Assembly (NCBI GenBank): GCA_951406725.2
Contig: OX597819.1
Location: 85,932,001 to 85,996,000 of the forward strand
Direction of reading: 5' to 3'
Source: Octopus vulgaris
Lineage: Eukaryota
Length of the DNA stretch: 64,000 bases
Shown in pieces: positions 1 through 13,927 of the stretch. Every line of letters starts with the position of its first letter. The stretch's first letter is position 1. A program made the translations under genes and the position numbers. The notes under the pieces were generated by a model. That model was not told the DNA's origin, made no database searches, and worked only from the letters and a program-made list of their open reading frames with translations.

Positions 1-1702
1 ACATCTTACGATAACATAAATGATGTTTCATTTTACATTTAGTGCTTGCATTATAGTTTAAAGTGTAGTTCACATCAAACGATTATCCGGTTGAAGGAAA
101 AATGGAAAAACAAAAATCACAAAAATACCGTTATATCACACAATGTTGTTAGCAGTATGATAGAAAAAAGAAACAAATAAAGAATCACTCTTTTACTATT
201 TTTCCCACCACGTTAGATAAGCTAGAATGTTTGATTAAATTTAATTTCATATACCAAGCATGGATAACCTTATAAATGTACAAGTTTGTAGCATCAAAGT
301 TTGTGTGATATACGTTTATCGAAGCCTTTTTTGCAAGAGAAAATTGTCGTTAATATTCAGAAGTTTTATTAAGGAAATCTTATTATCAAAATATTTCTAA
401 GCAAATAATTTTGAAAATTAATTACAATTTTCACTACAAGAATAATTTAACGACAGTTTGTTATGGAATGCCTTATAAAATAAGCAAAATTAAGAGGAAA
501 GAGGAAAACATTATGCCTGTAATTGAATATACGTCAAGACAGGGAGCTGCACTATTCTGTATACATACATAAATATGTATATATTTAGTATAAATTAGAT
601 AACGAAAAACATTACCGCATTGTAAGAAAAGCAGGCCGTTTAGAATTTACAACCAGCCTAAATAATGAGATATTTTAGGGGAAAACACAAGAAACTGAAT
701 AAAAAATCGATATGCTTTAATGTTATGAAACATCAGAGTGCACATTATGTGAAATCCATACCTAAAGCAATCTCTATGCTCTGATATGGCGAATTCACGT
801 TGTTCATCCTTCTTTTATTTTGTTTTGTCTTTTCTTCTCTCTTTCTTGATCTGTCTATCTCTTTTTCTCTCTCTATCTCTCCCTCCTCTTCTCTATCTCC
901 CTATTTTTCTCAATATATACCTCCAATTAAATTGCTGCATCATTATCAATTTTCCACATATCTAATAAAATGCGATAAATAACGAACAATAAATATTTTC
1001 TCGATTTACAGGCCTTACGAATATTTACTTCTTAAAGAGCAAATGTTTGTGAATTGCGTTTTACTAGGAGTAGATATTTGTCAACCAATCATATTGCACC
1101 GTATTAAAATCTTACTATAAACTACAATTTTCATACACACACTCACACACACATTATAATGCGTGTAGCAACGCATGAGATTTTTTTATTATTTTTGCAA
1201 GTATACTCATTCTCAAAATTGAATTGTTTATAATAAAAAGAGAACTCTGATTTGACAGAAACAGTAAAATGTTGTACTAAATAAATAATACGAATTTAAG
1301 TGTCAAGAGGTGACACTTTTTTCAGTACATACAGAACAAATTCTTCAAGTTGTAATTCAACATGAAAATATGAACAAGTGAAAGAATTTCAGCTGTACCA
1401 CTTAAAATTATTCTGCTGGTTTTCAGTATAAATTGAATTCTACTGGATTTTTTTTTCACTGCTCCTCAGTTTTAAACAGTGTTCCATTATCTCACTCTTA
1501 ATCAGACGATATAGACTTTACAAATATGCTTTTGGTTTGAAACCACTTTCAGTATATGACACATGAAATAAATAACTTAGGTAGATGGAAATGTAATTAT
1601 TTAACATACGATTTACAATATATTGAAGTTTTACAAAAGTACTCCATACCATAGGGAATACAAAATTTGGAAATCATATAAGAAATTTACACACACACAC
1701 AC

Positions 1703-1752
<50 letters not shown>

Positions 1753-1757
<5 letters not shown>

Positions 1758-2073
1758 GAAATGAAGAAAATGCTGACAAAATAATTTAAGTAAGGGAGAG
1801 TGTATTTAATTAGGTGAAAGTTCTTTTTACCGGTTGCGCATTTGTTATGCTTATCAAAAGATATTTTTTAAGAGAGATAGAGTTCCTTTCTGATAGATTT
1901 TTTTCTCTTATCTGATAAGAGAAAAAATCTATCAGAAAGGAACTCTATCTCTCTTTAAAAAATATCTTTTGATAAGCATAACAAATGCGCAACCGGTAAA
2001 AAGAACTTTCACCTAATTAAATACACTCTCCCTTACTTAAATTATTTTGTCAGCATTTTCTTCATTTCCTTTT
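1753..2073. repeat. Near-perfect ~320-bp foldback (160-bp arms, 1-nt loop) embedded in (TA)n; arms carry a decayed hammerhead-like motif
   Basis: 1753-1912 is the reverse complement of 1914-2073 (centre ctcttatc-t-gataagag). The right arm reads tttgataa-gcat-aacaa-atgc-gcaa-ccgg-ta-aaaag (1966-2003). (TA)n tracts flank it at 1704-1752 and 2114-2172. Confidence 0.9.
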
Positions 2074-2110
2074 TTTATATATCACAACTCGTGTTCCACA
2101 TCTCCTTTTT

Positions 2111-2175
<65 letters not shown>

Positions 2176-3919
2176 TATACTTATTCATGAAAGGGTTAAT
2201 AATCTATTTATTTTTAATGTAAAGAAAATATTAATAACAAACAACTTTATAAGGGAAAAAATCAAGAAAATCGCCACTTATTAAGTTTTATCAGTGTGAA
2301 ATAGGTAATGTGAGTAGTTTTGGCTACAAATGCAGCCTGGGACTGTTACAGAAAATCGAGAAGCCGGTCAATGACTGCTCGTTATTTGATATGCATTAAT
2401 ACATAATGTCTCGTTGTAAAATAAAAATATTTAAATGCAAACATCTTCGATAACTGATTTCCAAAATATTAAAAGGTCACATATTTTGGAGTAAGGAACA
2501 GTCTGTTAGATTGAACTCGATTTTTACCTGGTACTTATTTTATCCGCCTTGGGAAATGAAATGCAAAGAGGACCTCAGAGGTATTTCAACTAAATAACGT
2601 AAAAATTCGTAAATAAATATTGTGATGTATTTTGTCATTCAGACCCCTCATTTCATCTAGTCTGCCTCCCCATATCTCTTTGGTAATAGCTTTGATATAG
2701 AACTTCAGCAATTTCGCAGCATTTATATTACTCTGCCCCACTTCTCTATCTCTCTCGTCTATAAAATTACGTTTATTATGTTTGATACATATCAACGCAC
2801 AAAAATCTAGACTCCTTGGTCACTTCTGAAGATTTACAGTTAATAAATTAAGACATATGCTGTGTTTGGACTATGAAGGATAGAGTATGTCGTAGTAACA
2901 AATTATATCCATATTGCATACAACGTTAGCGTTAAAAATTTGTGTATTTTTAAAAATGTTTTTGTATAGGTGAACTGTTGATACCGTCTGCGTGTGACCT
3001 GCGATGTCCTAAAGTGTACTATTCCTTTGTAGTTTGTTGTAGAGAGACTTAGAGTCAAGCAATGTAAAACAAAGCAGGACGTATTCTAAGTAGTAAATGG
3101 ACATGCATTTTGATGACAGACATACAGGAATCACAGAAGTTATTCCCTTCAATGTGATAGATAGATATGCAAGAATCATAGAAGCTACTGCATTTTATGC
3201 GGTACTCAGATATACATGAATCTCGCGAACTATTCAATTCTACGTGGTAGATATACATATAAGAACCACACATTTATTTTTGTGCCTCACATCACCTACT
3301 GCGCCCTTTCCTCATTATGACCTTATGTATGTACTACGGGAGATTTATACTTCAGTTGTTAAACTCTCTCACAAAAGCAGTAGGTTAAGTATAATAAAAA
3401 AGAATTAATGACTACAATAAACTAAAATCGGCTTTCTTTAAATAATCTTTATTATAAGATGTCCAGCTGGATATAATATAAGTATGTTGAACGTTTAACG
3501 ATTGTCAGTCTGCAAGTTCCAGCCTTTTACAATTGGTTCCATTATCTTTGTAAAAGTGTATTTTTTATCTTTGCTAAAATTGATTTATTCGTTTACTCTG
3601 TGAACAATATTTCAGCGGGCAAATGCTCTCTATATCTTCTTAAATAGATATTTAGTACAATTGATACCGTGTAGCACGTATATAACTTGCGTTGCATTAC
3701 AACGATAAAATATTTATCACAGTCAACTATTTCAGTTTGAAAGTAGTAATTTCAACCTTACACATTATGACGAGCATGCCCAACAAATTATAGGTTTTCG
3801 TGAAATCGAGGTGGAAAACAAATACATCTATTCAGATGGAATCCTCATATATTGCATGATGAGACCAAACCGGAGCAGACAGAAAAAAATCAAAATTCAT
3901 AAAAGTTATCCGTAAATAT

Positions 3920-5011
3920 ATTAGGTTAGAAATTTTGGAGGAGGTTACTTTTATGATACCTTTTCAATACTCACAGTAAAACGTGTATTAAATTTTCATA
4001 TCCTAATACATGATAGTTAAACTATAGTGGTTAAACCTGTATCAATTTTACCCTTTTAAAACGAGTTTAGGTCAAATCCAAATCCGACACTGCATAATGC
4101 ATGAATTTAAACAGTGCTCTTCAGCAATGAATGCAGCAAGAAATATTCGTCTTGTCTATGGAAACGAAGCTTTTATTGATCTGATATGCCAACGTTTGAT
4201 CAGTTTCGCTCGGTAATTTTTTCTGTTACATATTCGCCTCGCCCTTGATGACATTTTCTCCTGATGTTGAGCTTCAAAAACCCTACTTAAGGAAAATCGA
4301 AATCAAAATGCATGAAAATTTGGAAAGGAGTGAAAGTCCAATTTAGATCATAAGACACCTTCATGAACTAAGAAAAGCATCTAATTTAATCTAGTAATCC
4401 GCTCATCCTCTGACTGTTTCGAAGCGTAATCAAGGAGTAGCGCTCTATATGTCATTGAAGGGAAAACTTGCTACTTAAAATTTCATGGGTAGAAGTAATC
4501 ACAAGTAATGGTGAATAGGCTCTCAATAATCATATCCAAGGAATACGACAGTAGCTAGCAGTCAATAAAAAATGTTCATTTTTCTCAAACCGGGACTACA
4601 CCCTCAAACGTTACGCTGTGTGTTTGGTGGGGTAAGAATAGTGCCGTCTCTTATAACGTGTTAAAACCAATCGAAAGAGTTAATGCGGAGATATACTGCC
4701 GTTAATTGCAAGCAGTGTACAAAGATTGCGAAATAATGCAGGACCTAATATTGACCAAATCACTTGAGGAAAGGTTATAACACTAAATACTAAAGTGAAG
4801 TCTTGCGGCATTATTCTTATTCACCTGACTTTGCTCCACCTGACAATTATCTTTTCAGATTATTTCAACATTATTTAAAGTAGAAGCTCTAATTTGCCAA
4901 TAGATGGGAATATGCAATCAATTATGAGGGAAAGTATTATCTTGATTAAATATATCACTTCCCTATTTCTTTCTCTTTTAAACTGGTCGGGACTTTCTGT
5001 TCAATCTAATA
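3920..5011 (+). mobile_element. Highly degraded mariner transposon
   Basis: Broken frames give AARNIRLVYGNEA (~4135), LCVWW (~4615) and YSPDFAPPDNYLFR (~4818, cf. YSPDLAPSDYHLF). It ends in a mariner-like terminus ...ctttctgttcaatctaata. The left boundary is approximate. Confidence 0.7.
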
Positions 5012-6637
5012 TTAAGTCATAATATTACGACAAACGTACACGTTTAACTGAAGTGATTTTTTCTTGGTTATCTAATTAGCTATAAAGAACTGCGAACCTC
5101 TTGTAAAAAAATTCTTCTTAAAGATATACCTGTATCTACTAATAAACAGAGGTTTTTTTTTTTATCTCGTCGGGTGAATCTATTTCGTAATATTCTCGAT
5201 GGGTTTCATTGAGAAAACAAAAGCTTCAATTAATGTTGCTAAGTTTCCACTTTCAAAAGAAACTGTGATGACAATCATTGACTTAAAAACAGCAATCATA
5301 GAGATTAAGTTTAAAGTAGATTAATATTCACCGTTTATCGTTAAAGCGAATGCTGCTGAAGCTGCCGTCGAGAGCCTTTAACACTGCATTCTTATTCTTT
5401 TAATTTCGCTGGGAAAATTAATTGCATAGCAGAAACAGATGCGTATAAATTTAAGGCTGTCAAGCATTATCTTCATCAAATAATAAATATTTTGTTATTG
5501 TGAGCGTTTTCTCGTGTCAACTGTAATTTCTAGCTGCAATCTCTTCTACATTTGATTTACTTCTTTCATGTTTTTTCCAACTTAAACTGTTGTTGCATGT
5601 TAATAAGGGTGACCCAACTATCCGTCCGATCTTGTCGTCTGAAAAAGTTTAACACTAGTTCTAGAATATATATATGAACAAATCACCCTGACTGAACAGA
5701 TTACCCCTGCTTTTCTTCGCTATTAAAGATCTTGCTGAGGTGATACCTCCTTAATAAGTGCAAACTTTTAGTCCAGACGTTTAAGTATTGTCTCCACAAT
5801 GGTCTCAGAGGACAAGAAAATTGCGAGGCAGTTAGAGGCTCAAGTCCATCAGGAAGTACCTATCATTAAATTAAGGTGAGATATAAAGAGAGATCGCTCA
5901 CTAGATGTATCAATATTCCTGAAAAATTGCCTTCAATTATCTACTCTGACTGCAAAGGAATCAGCAACTGATCAATTACTATAACTGAAGGAGCCAATCT
6001 ACGGGCTTTGTGCCGAGTTGGTCTTCTCACGATTAAATGAATTCTTCAAAGGTATGGTTACGCTTGAAAATTTGCTATTATGTGATAAAACTTCAAAAAT
6101 ATTAAAATTTTTAGATATAGTTCTCATCATGAGGAGAGGAATATAGGAATATATATAAGTAATTCTGTAATAATAACCACAAAAATTGTAGTCTCCAAGA
6201 ATTACTACATTTTATGCATGACTGCAACTATAAATATTGTTGTTAAATGCCACTTCTAATGACTGCCAGTATTAAATTAGTAAATGAAAGCTTGATATAC
6301 ATTGGCATTCCTTATGGTTAAATCATGCGACAATTTCTAATAGTGGCGTGCAAATACACTAACTATCCTGCGATCATTTTGACGACATCTAGTCTCTAAA
6401 TTCTTATAAATGATGTAATAAACTAAAAATAAAAAAAAAATTCTGACATCTGACGCAGTAATCTGTAAGATTCAAAATAATTATTAAATAAACAAAAATC
6501 TTAGTGCGGTACGTACTTTCTTTAGTATAAACCTACATGCTGAGGCACAAATCTAGTGTTCATAGTTCGTGTCCGAATCATGACGTTTACTTAATACATA
6601 TTTGCGTACTGTGACGTTTGCTTCATTCATCATAGAT

Positions 6638-6672
<35 letters not shown>

Positions 6673-6822
6673 TTCTTAAATATCATTATGAAATTAATAT
6701 TGAATTTTCTTTTGTGTTACTATTAAATTACTTTGAATTTGTTATTACACAACGCAAGGATTTACAAAAAGAAATATCTTCCACTGCATATATGATATAC
6801 ATATAATGTTTCACGTTTACAG

Positions 6823-6944
6823 ATTACAACTTTGAGAAGTACAAAGGCGTCCTAAACTCCGTGGGGTTACAAGAAAAGCCATGCACATGTTTTGAACGAT
6901 ATTTACTGAAATATGAAAGTACAAACAAAGGAAAGTCTCTGAAG
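6823..6944 (+). other. Possible 5'-UTR exon of the GPCR
   Basis: Bounded by an acceptor-like tgtttcacgtttacag and a donor-like gaag|gtatgc. It has an in-frame stop relative to the GPCR ORF, so it would be non-coding. No transcript evidence. Confidence 0.25.
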
Positions 6945-8249
6945 GTATGCCTTAGTATTTTGATATAAATTTAAATAACCTACGTGATAAACCTCTCAAA
7001 CAACTAATGAAATACGAAAGCAGCATAAAAGCGTAGCTGTAAAAATTTATTCAAGTTTTATAATTCTGCACTTAGAAATCTAAATATTTAATCCAAGGCA
7101 AAATAATTGTACCCATAGGCTTGTTTGGCAATTAATCCCTTGTTTTAAGATACACAACTCAATATACATGTGCCTTATGAAAATATATGTCTTCCATACA
7201 AGTGTTCATGCTCAGGCAACGGACATGCTTAGACCAGAAAATATTTATAACTCTGGTGTTCGCAAAATGTTGTTTCGGCTAGCTGGATAAAAATACCTAA
7301 TTTACAAAAACTGCAACGTTCTTTTTTATTGAGCTTAGTGTTGTGCTCTGTTATACTAATAATGGGGAGACTAATAATAGTGTTTTACTAATCATGGTGA
7401 GACTTCTCTGCAAATGCAAACTTTGCAAACTAAGCACGAAATCTCAAATGTAAGTATAAATCTACTTGTGAACCCTGAAAATTTTGTCACAATATGTTTG
7501 GGAAGTTTAACTTTTTTCCCCACATATCACGTTCTTTATAATTGAGTCGTTGTACTCTTTACGTAGCACTGTGCAATATAAATTTACGACGATTCCTATT
7601 TACCCGAATTAAAGTCGTATAATAGTCTATCTACACATTTGAATAAATTTTTGTGCTGTTTGTCAGAATCCGTATCCTATTAATGGTATTTAACTCGGTA
7701 GAAAAAGCACCAGTCAGTTCTAAAATCGATTACACATTTAAAGTTAAAGCGTTGCACCTATGTTAGGAGCTAATGTTTTTAATATAAGCTTGAATATAAA
7801 TCTACATAATCAATTTTAAATCTTTATCTCTGAGCTTGTAAATGTTAGTATAATATTTTTTCTAAAATGGGACACCAGCATATTTATATACTATTTATCA
7901 ACGCTTGGTATATTATCATCTTTCTATTTGTCCATGTGGCAATGATTGCATATATTATTCAACATTTGTCTATATTTTGAAAATCTCTTCGGGCGTAGGA
8001 TTTACCGATTCTGCAAAATACAAATATTTCATTTCAGGCTTGATTGTTCCTTATAGTTATTACATTTTTTATATAAATATAGTAAATATGAGAAAATTAA
8101 AATATTTAAAAAAATTAATTTTATAAAACGAGTGGGTTTTCATACAAGTAATAGAAAGAAATACTTATATGTAGTTACAATGACAATTTAATTCTTTTCA
8201 AATGTAGCAACATTTTAAGCAATCGAATCGATTTCTGTGTACCTAAAAG

Positions 8250-8268
8250 TCTCTATATTTATTTTCAG
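8250..8268 (+). promoter_or_regulatory. Splice acceptor of the GPCR coding exon
   Basis: Polypyrimidine tract ctctatatttattttcag|G ends about 30 nt upstream of the ATG. Confidence 0.65.
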
Positions 8269-8297
8269 GAAAAAATCTGGTACTTGAAGTAAGAAGG

Positions 8298-9359
8298 ATG
8301 GAGGTTGTGACTTCAACATTAGAGTCCAGTTTTATTAAACATCTACCAAACAGCACTGATACTAACCATGAAGACTTTTATCATATGGCTCAATACATTA
8401 CTGGACTTATTGTTTACCCAATCACTTGCGTTTTCGGCATAACTGGCAATATACTTACATTGGTCGTTCTCTCTCACAAAGATTTAGCTACATCAACTAA
8501 TGTCTATCTCTCAGCACTTGCTGTTGGAGATCTGATAAAATTGATCAATGACACGTTGTATTTCATTGTTTTGCTCATTAAGACATGGAATCCCGATAAA
8601 GGTGATGAATCCCTTTCAAGACTTTATCCATACGCCCACTATTTATTTAATTTATCTCTCTGCATAACGGGATGGCTAACAGTATCGGTTGCATTTGAAC
8701 GTTATATTTCTATATGCCATCCAACAAGAGCCAAAGAGATGTGTACTGTTTTTAGAGCTCGCATTGTGAGCACATTTGTATTTATATTTATGATAATATT
8801 CTCACTTCCGTCAGCCCTTCGATATAAAACTGTTATACGGCTACGACCTAATACTAATGACTCATACCACGATGTGGAACTAACTGATTTGGGTCGAAAT
8901 GATGCTTTTATGACTCCTTATACATGGGTACAAAATTGCTTGAGAACGCTTTTACCTTTGCTTATATTAGTTTTCTTGAATGCTCGAATTGTCCACGAGT
9001 TAAGAAGATCACGTGTCCCAGGTAAGAAATTGTCCTCAAGAAACCGTATTACTTTAATGTTAATCGTTGTCGTGATAGTATTTATTATTTGCATTACTCC
9101 AGATGCTATCATGTCGACAGTATTTGGATTTGGCTATTACGATGAAACAAACTTAGTAAGAGGAATCAGAGAAATAACTGACACTCTATTGGCAATCAAC
9201 TCAGCATGTAATTTTGTACTCTACTGTACTATGAGCAAAGTATTTCGAGATACCTTCGTTAAAATGTTTTTAAGGGATTGTACTTGGTGTCCAATGTGGT
9301 GTTCGAATAAATGGAAACTAGAATCTCAAACAAATCAGATTAATAACACGGTAAAATGA
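8298..9359 (+). CDS. Class A (rhodopsin-like) GPCR, FMRFamide/peptide-receptor-like, single coding exon
   Basis: Intact 353-aa ORF with 7 hydrophobic segments and motifs GxxGN (TM1), STNVYLSALAVGD (TM2), AFERYISICHP (E/DRY, TM3), FIICITP (TM6) and NSACNFVLY (NFxxY variant of NPxxY, TM7). N-glycosylation sequon NST near the N-terminus. AATAAA downstream (~9429). Confidence 0.95.
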   Translation: MEVVTSTLESSFIKHLPNSTDTNHEDFYHMAQYITGLIVYPITCVFGITGNILTLVVLSHKDLATSTNVYLSALAVGDLIKLINDTLYFIVLLIKTWNPDKGDESLSRLYPYAHYLFNLSLCITGWLTVSVAFERYISICHPTRAKEMCTVFRARIVSTFVFIFMIIFSLPSALRYKTVIRLRPNTNDSYHDVELTDLGRNDAFMTPYTWVQNCLRTLLPLLILVFLNARIVHELRRSRVPGKKLSSRNRITLMLIVVVIVFIICITPDAIMSTVFGFGYYDETNLVRGIREITDTLLAINSACNFVLYCTMSKVFRDTFVKMFLRDCTWCPMWCSNKWKLESQTNQINNTVK

Positions 9360-10014
9360 TAAAATACATTATTAAATATTGCATCATACGGAATTAAAAT
9401 AGAACCCTTTCTTCTATAGATCTTCTGAAATAAAATATAGTTGAAAATGTTGAATTTAACCTTTGTTACACAACATATTTTTGATGCTGGCTTATAAGTG
9501 CATCAACCGCTGGTGCTCCATACAGAAACACAAAAATCCGGTGCTTACTATACTTTTATCAAAGAAAATATATATTATTAAAAAATGATGATATTGAAAA
9601 AGAACATAATTTCATTTTAATGAAAAGTTACTGCTGAACGTATTTCTGTATATTGAACAGATACTGTTAGAAAAAAATATTAGTAGAGGCCATTACAGAT
9701 GGTAATTATTGTCAGAAGTATATTGAACATATCTGCACTCAAAATATATTATTGTAATTAGATGTAAATAAAGAGGCATATAGTTACTACAAAATAATCA
9801 TTGAAAATGGATGTCATATGCATAAAAATATATCAATGATATCATTCAGTGTAATCTACATTTATCAGACGCTACTGATATAATAAATCATTATAATACA
9901 TTAATTAATAGCAGTAATAGCTTAATTAATAGCAGTAACATTACAGTTTAAGAAAGACGTAGAATAATTTCACCAAGGTATCACACATACAAACATATAA
10001 ATATTTATATATAA

Positions 10015-10095
<81 letters not shown>

Positions 10096-10328
10096 CATTT
10101 ATATATATAAATGTATATATGCATGTATATATATATATATATATATATACAGTTATATATATATAAATGTATACAAAGTATGGGAGTTTAGTTCACAGCG
10201 ATCTAAACGATTCCTTATGCTAGGTAAGTGCTGTAACAGGGTACCAGGGCTCCAAGATTGTAGCCGAGACGGTAGTTATGGAGCCATTGCAGATTTCCGA
10301 TATAGCGGATATATAATTGTTGAACAGA

Positions 10329-10835
10329 ACAACAAACATTAAGGCAAGGCAAACAACTCGAGTCATATACATTATTATTATCGGAAAAAATTCAACGTCT
10401 TACAGCTGTTTCTGGGATATAACATAGTATGGAATATTCCGTCAACGGAGACGAATAGGGAAGATGAGAAGGTTATAGACAATGAAATGACAACATAGAG
10501 GACAAGAGTAAAGGAATAAGGAGATGAGAAAAAGAATAATGAGATAAAAAAAAGCAGCATAAAAGTTCATAGTTCAATTTCCCATGTTTTAGAAATAAGT
10601 GCATGATTCCTTATGCTCCGTTTTTGCTCTCTCTCCTCATCTCCATATTCCTTTACTCTTGTCCCCTATTTCGTCATTTCATTAATCTATACCCTTCTCT
10701 TTTTCGCTATTTGTGGCTGAAGACGGAGTATTCCAATCACTAGGATAAACCACAAACAGCTGTAAGATTTGAATTTTGTCTAATAAAAATAACGTATATG
10801 ACTTGAGATGTTTGCCTTGTCTTAAGGTTTGTTGT
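10329..10835. mobile_element. Diverged ~500-bp foldback element with hammerhead-like motifs in both arms
   Basis: Arms ~10329-10563 and ~10611-10835 are imperfect reverse complements. The minus strand of 10396-10453 reads cgtct-CCGTTGA-c-ggaatat...atatccc-a-GAAA-CAGCTG-TA-agacg. The right arm has ctgaaga...caaa-cagctg-ta. It abuts (TA)n at 10842. Confidence 0.75.
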
Positions 10836-10837
10836 CC

Positions 10838-10841
<4 letters not shown>

Positions 10842-10920
<79 letters not shown>

Positions 10921-11040
10921 ATATATATATATACAAATATATATATATGTAAGTATTATATATATATAATATATTATATATATTATATTTATATGTATAT
11001 ATTATATACATCACATCTATTATAATATATATATATGTGA

Positions 11041-11073
<33 letters not shown>

Positions 11074-11171
11074 TCTACATATATTATATATACCTCTCTC
11101 TATATATATACATATATAAATATATGTATACAAATATATTTAAATACATATATATATGCATGTATACATGC

Positions 11172-11202
<31 letters not shown>

Positions 11203-11254
11203 TAATATATATACATTTATATATGTACATATATATACATATATATATATATAC

Positions 11255-11321
<67 letters not shown>

Positions 11322-11904
11322 GATTATGACATTCTGATACGTCATTTAAATTAAGAATATGAAATGATTTTTTATTGATGCAACAACAAAACAATATTAT
11401 GTTATTTTCTAGTTCGGTCCATTTTACTAAATCCTATTCGATTTTCCTAACATGTAGTAGTTCCAATCCAGCTTTAAATGTGAGGGTTTAATCATGTTGG
11501 TGCTAACGAGTAACAAGAAATTAGAAAGTTATATTGAATCAGTGATTACTTTACATATTTGCAAAATCTGTTTATTCTAAATGGAAAATGTTCAAACTTA
11601 TTGTCACTTTTAGCGTCAACGAGTAAACTTTGCTAATTAAAAATGAAGTGTTGAAGGAGAAGACATCTAAAGAAAAAAACCATAATGAATAACTTCAACT
11701 GATTCAAAGTAAAGAATAAGCATTTCTCTAGTTTCTGAATATGTATGCACGCACACATGTATGCATGCATAGATACATACATATATACATATATACATAC
11801 ATAAATGTATACATACATAAATTTATACATATATGTATGTTTGTATAGGTATATATATATACATGGAGTGTATGCACATATATATACGAGTATATATGGC
11901 TGTG

Positions 11905-11960
<56 letters not shown>

Positions 11961-12090
11961 TATATATATGTAGAAACTGATATATTAACAAATATATGTA
12001 ATATGTGTGGTTTGTACGTCCTCTGCGTCTGTGTGTGTTTGTGATGTGTGTGTATGTGTGTGTGCATGTGTGTGAGTGTGTGTGTGTGGT
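10842..12090. repeat. Compound (TA)n/(TG)n/(TACA)n microsatellite region
   Basis: Direct inspection: 10842-11321 and ~11740-12090, separated by non-repetitive sequence. It is the source of spurious YI/HT ORFs. Confidence 0.9.
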
Positions 12091-13893
12091 GTATGAGTGT
12101 ATCAAACACACTATGATTATTTGAGAACTAATAAATAATGGCTTTTTCAAGTGACACGCATTTAAAAAATTTGAGATAACTTATGAATGTGAATAATATT
12201 CATGGATGTATGTTGAATATAATATTTAATGTCGTATATGTGTAGGTATGATGTGCGTTTTCCATGTATGTATATGTGTTGACTGTGTATATCTATGTGT
12301 GTACATAATTTTATACTCTTACATATTTTTATTGTCAGTTTCATGATATTGAATTATCACTTAAATATATTCACACAGCTATCAACAAAAACTATTCAGT
12401 TCATTAATTGCTCCTTGATATTTGACTAGTTCATTGACCTAATTTAAATATAGTCAAAATCAAATATGGTAGCATTTATAATTACAATGTAATATTAGGT
12501 GACGTATAATGTAGTCTGCCTTATCGTGTCTGTCATTATACAGTCATTATCAGTATAATAATATAAATTTATGCATTGAGGAGAACGTTATTATTTTAAA
12601 GAAATGACCAGAGTCGAGCGTAGTACTAAGAATTATTTTAGTGATCTCAGAGGATAGTAAAACAGAAAATGTTTAATTTTTAAATAAAACGATATCAATC
12701 TTTCATCGTTGTCATTTTAACTCCTTTAATTTTATACAATTTTATACTATTCATGTATCACTGCAGTATCTATAACATCCTTGGTTTTGTATATTATACT
12801 ATCAATTGGCATTGATAACAAATAATTTAAATCAATTTAAAAATATTATATATATATTTATATTAGATTTAAATGCACATAAGACCAAAAACAGATGTAT
12901 ATGTATGTGCTTCATACAGTACATCAACACCTCATATGCTTCTAAGTTCTCATAAAATAAAATATCTAGTGGTAACCCGAGTTAATTATTGTTTAGCGTG
13001 CTAAAAATAACCAGGTGAAGTAGAAATAGAAACAGGGGAAAGTAATAAAGGCAAACAACGAACGAGAGACAATGATATGAAAGAAAAGAATGTCGCAGAA
13101 ATCTGACCAAAGCTTGCACTTGGTCAGAAGTAATCATGATGAATGTATTATTACCTATAAATATGAGGTGTAAATAAATGAAATATCATACTTGTAGTCT
13201 AGCATAGTGTAAAGATATAATTGGTCTAATAGTATTTAGTTAACCGATCTCGCTGTGGTCTGGATTTGAAATCCTAGTGGCTCTGACCTAACGTCCATAC
13301 CTCTGCGACAGATAATTAGTGCAGATATCCTATAAAAATGCATGTTCTTGCCTCTATGCAATAAATCATTTTATGTAATTGCTAAAACATAACATTGAAA
13401 TAATTTTCCTGAAAAGAGTTTTGTTTTGTGAAATATAAGAAATTTAAAGGGCTTGACCAATAGTTTTATATCGTTGTTGAATGTCTTGTATTCCTTGTGG
13501 ATGATGAACGAGAAAATCGATCGCAAATTATTAAGTAAATAAGTTACGTCTCTCGGTACAAAGTTTCTATCAAGGTAGTCATCAAAGTCTTATGAATAAC
13601 TCGAACATTAATTTGAGTTTATGCTAAAAAACAAAACAAAAACACCATCAAACACGAATGTGTTTCGCAGCGAAATTGAAGAGTCTGTGAATGTGTGTCG
13701 GTACACACTAGTCTTCGGTAATGCAAACCATTCATCAATTTGTTTCGAATTCCAATCCGTGGCAAAACAAATTCTTCCATTATATTTATTTGATATACAG
13801 ACAAGCATCCTTTTCATTGAGACTCTATGGAGAAAGAAGCTTAGTATGAGGTGTGATACAGGTACTTAACATTGAATATATATATACATATAC

Positions 13894-13923
<30 letters not shown>

Positions 13924-13927
<4 letters not shown>

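Noticed and set aside
11037-12150. Many ORFs rich in YI, HT, CV or MYVC repeats (also ~18700, 24760, 29050, 30700, 34050, 41600, 48250, 50600, 53000)
   Set aside because: Translations of (TA)n, (CA)n and (TACA)n microsatellites; not genes.
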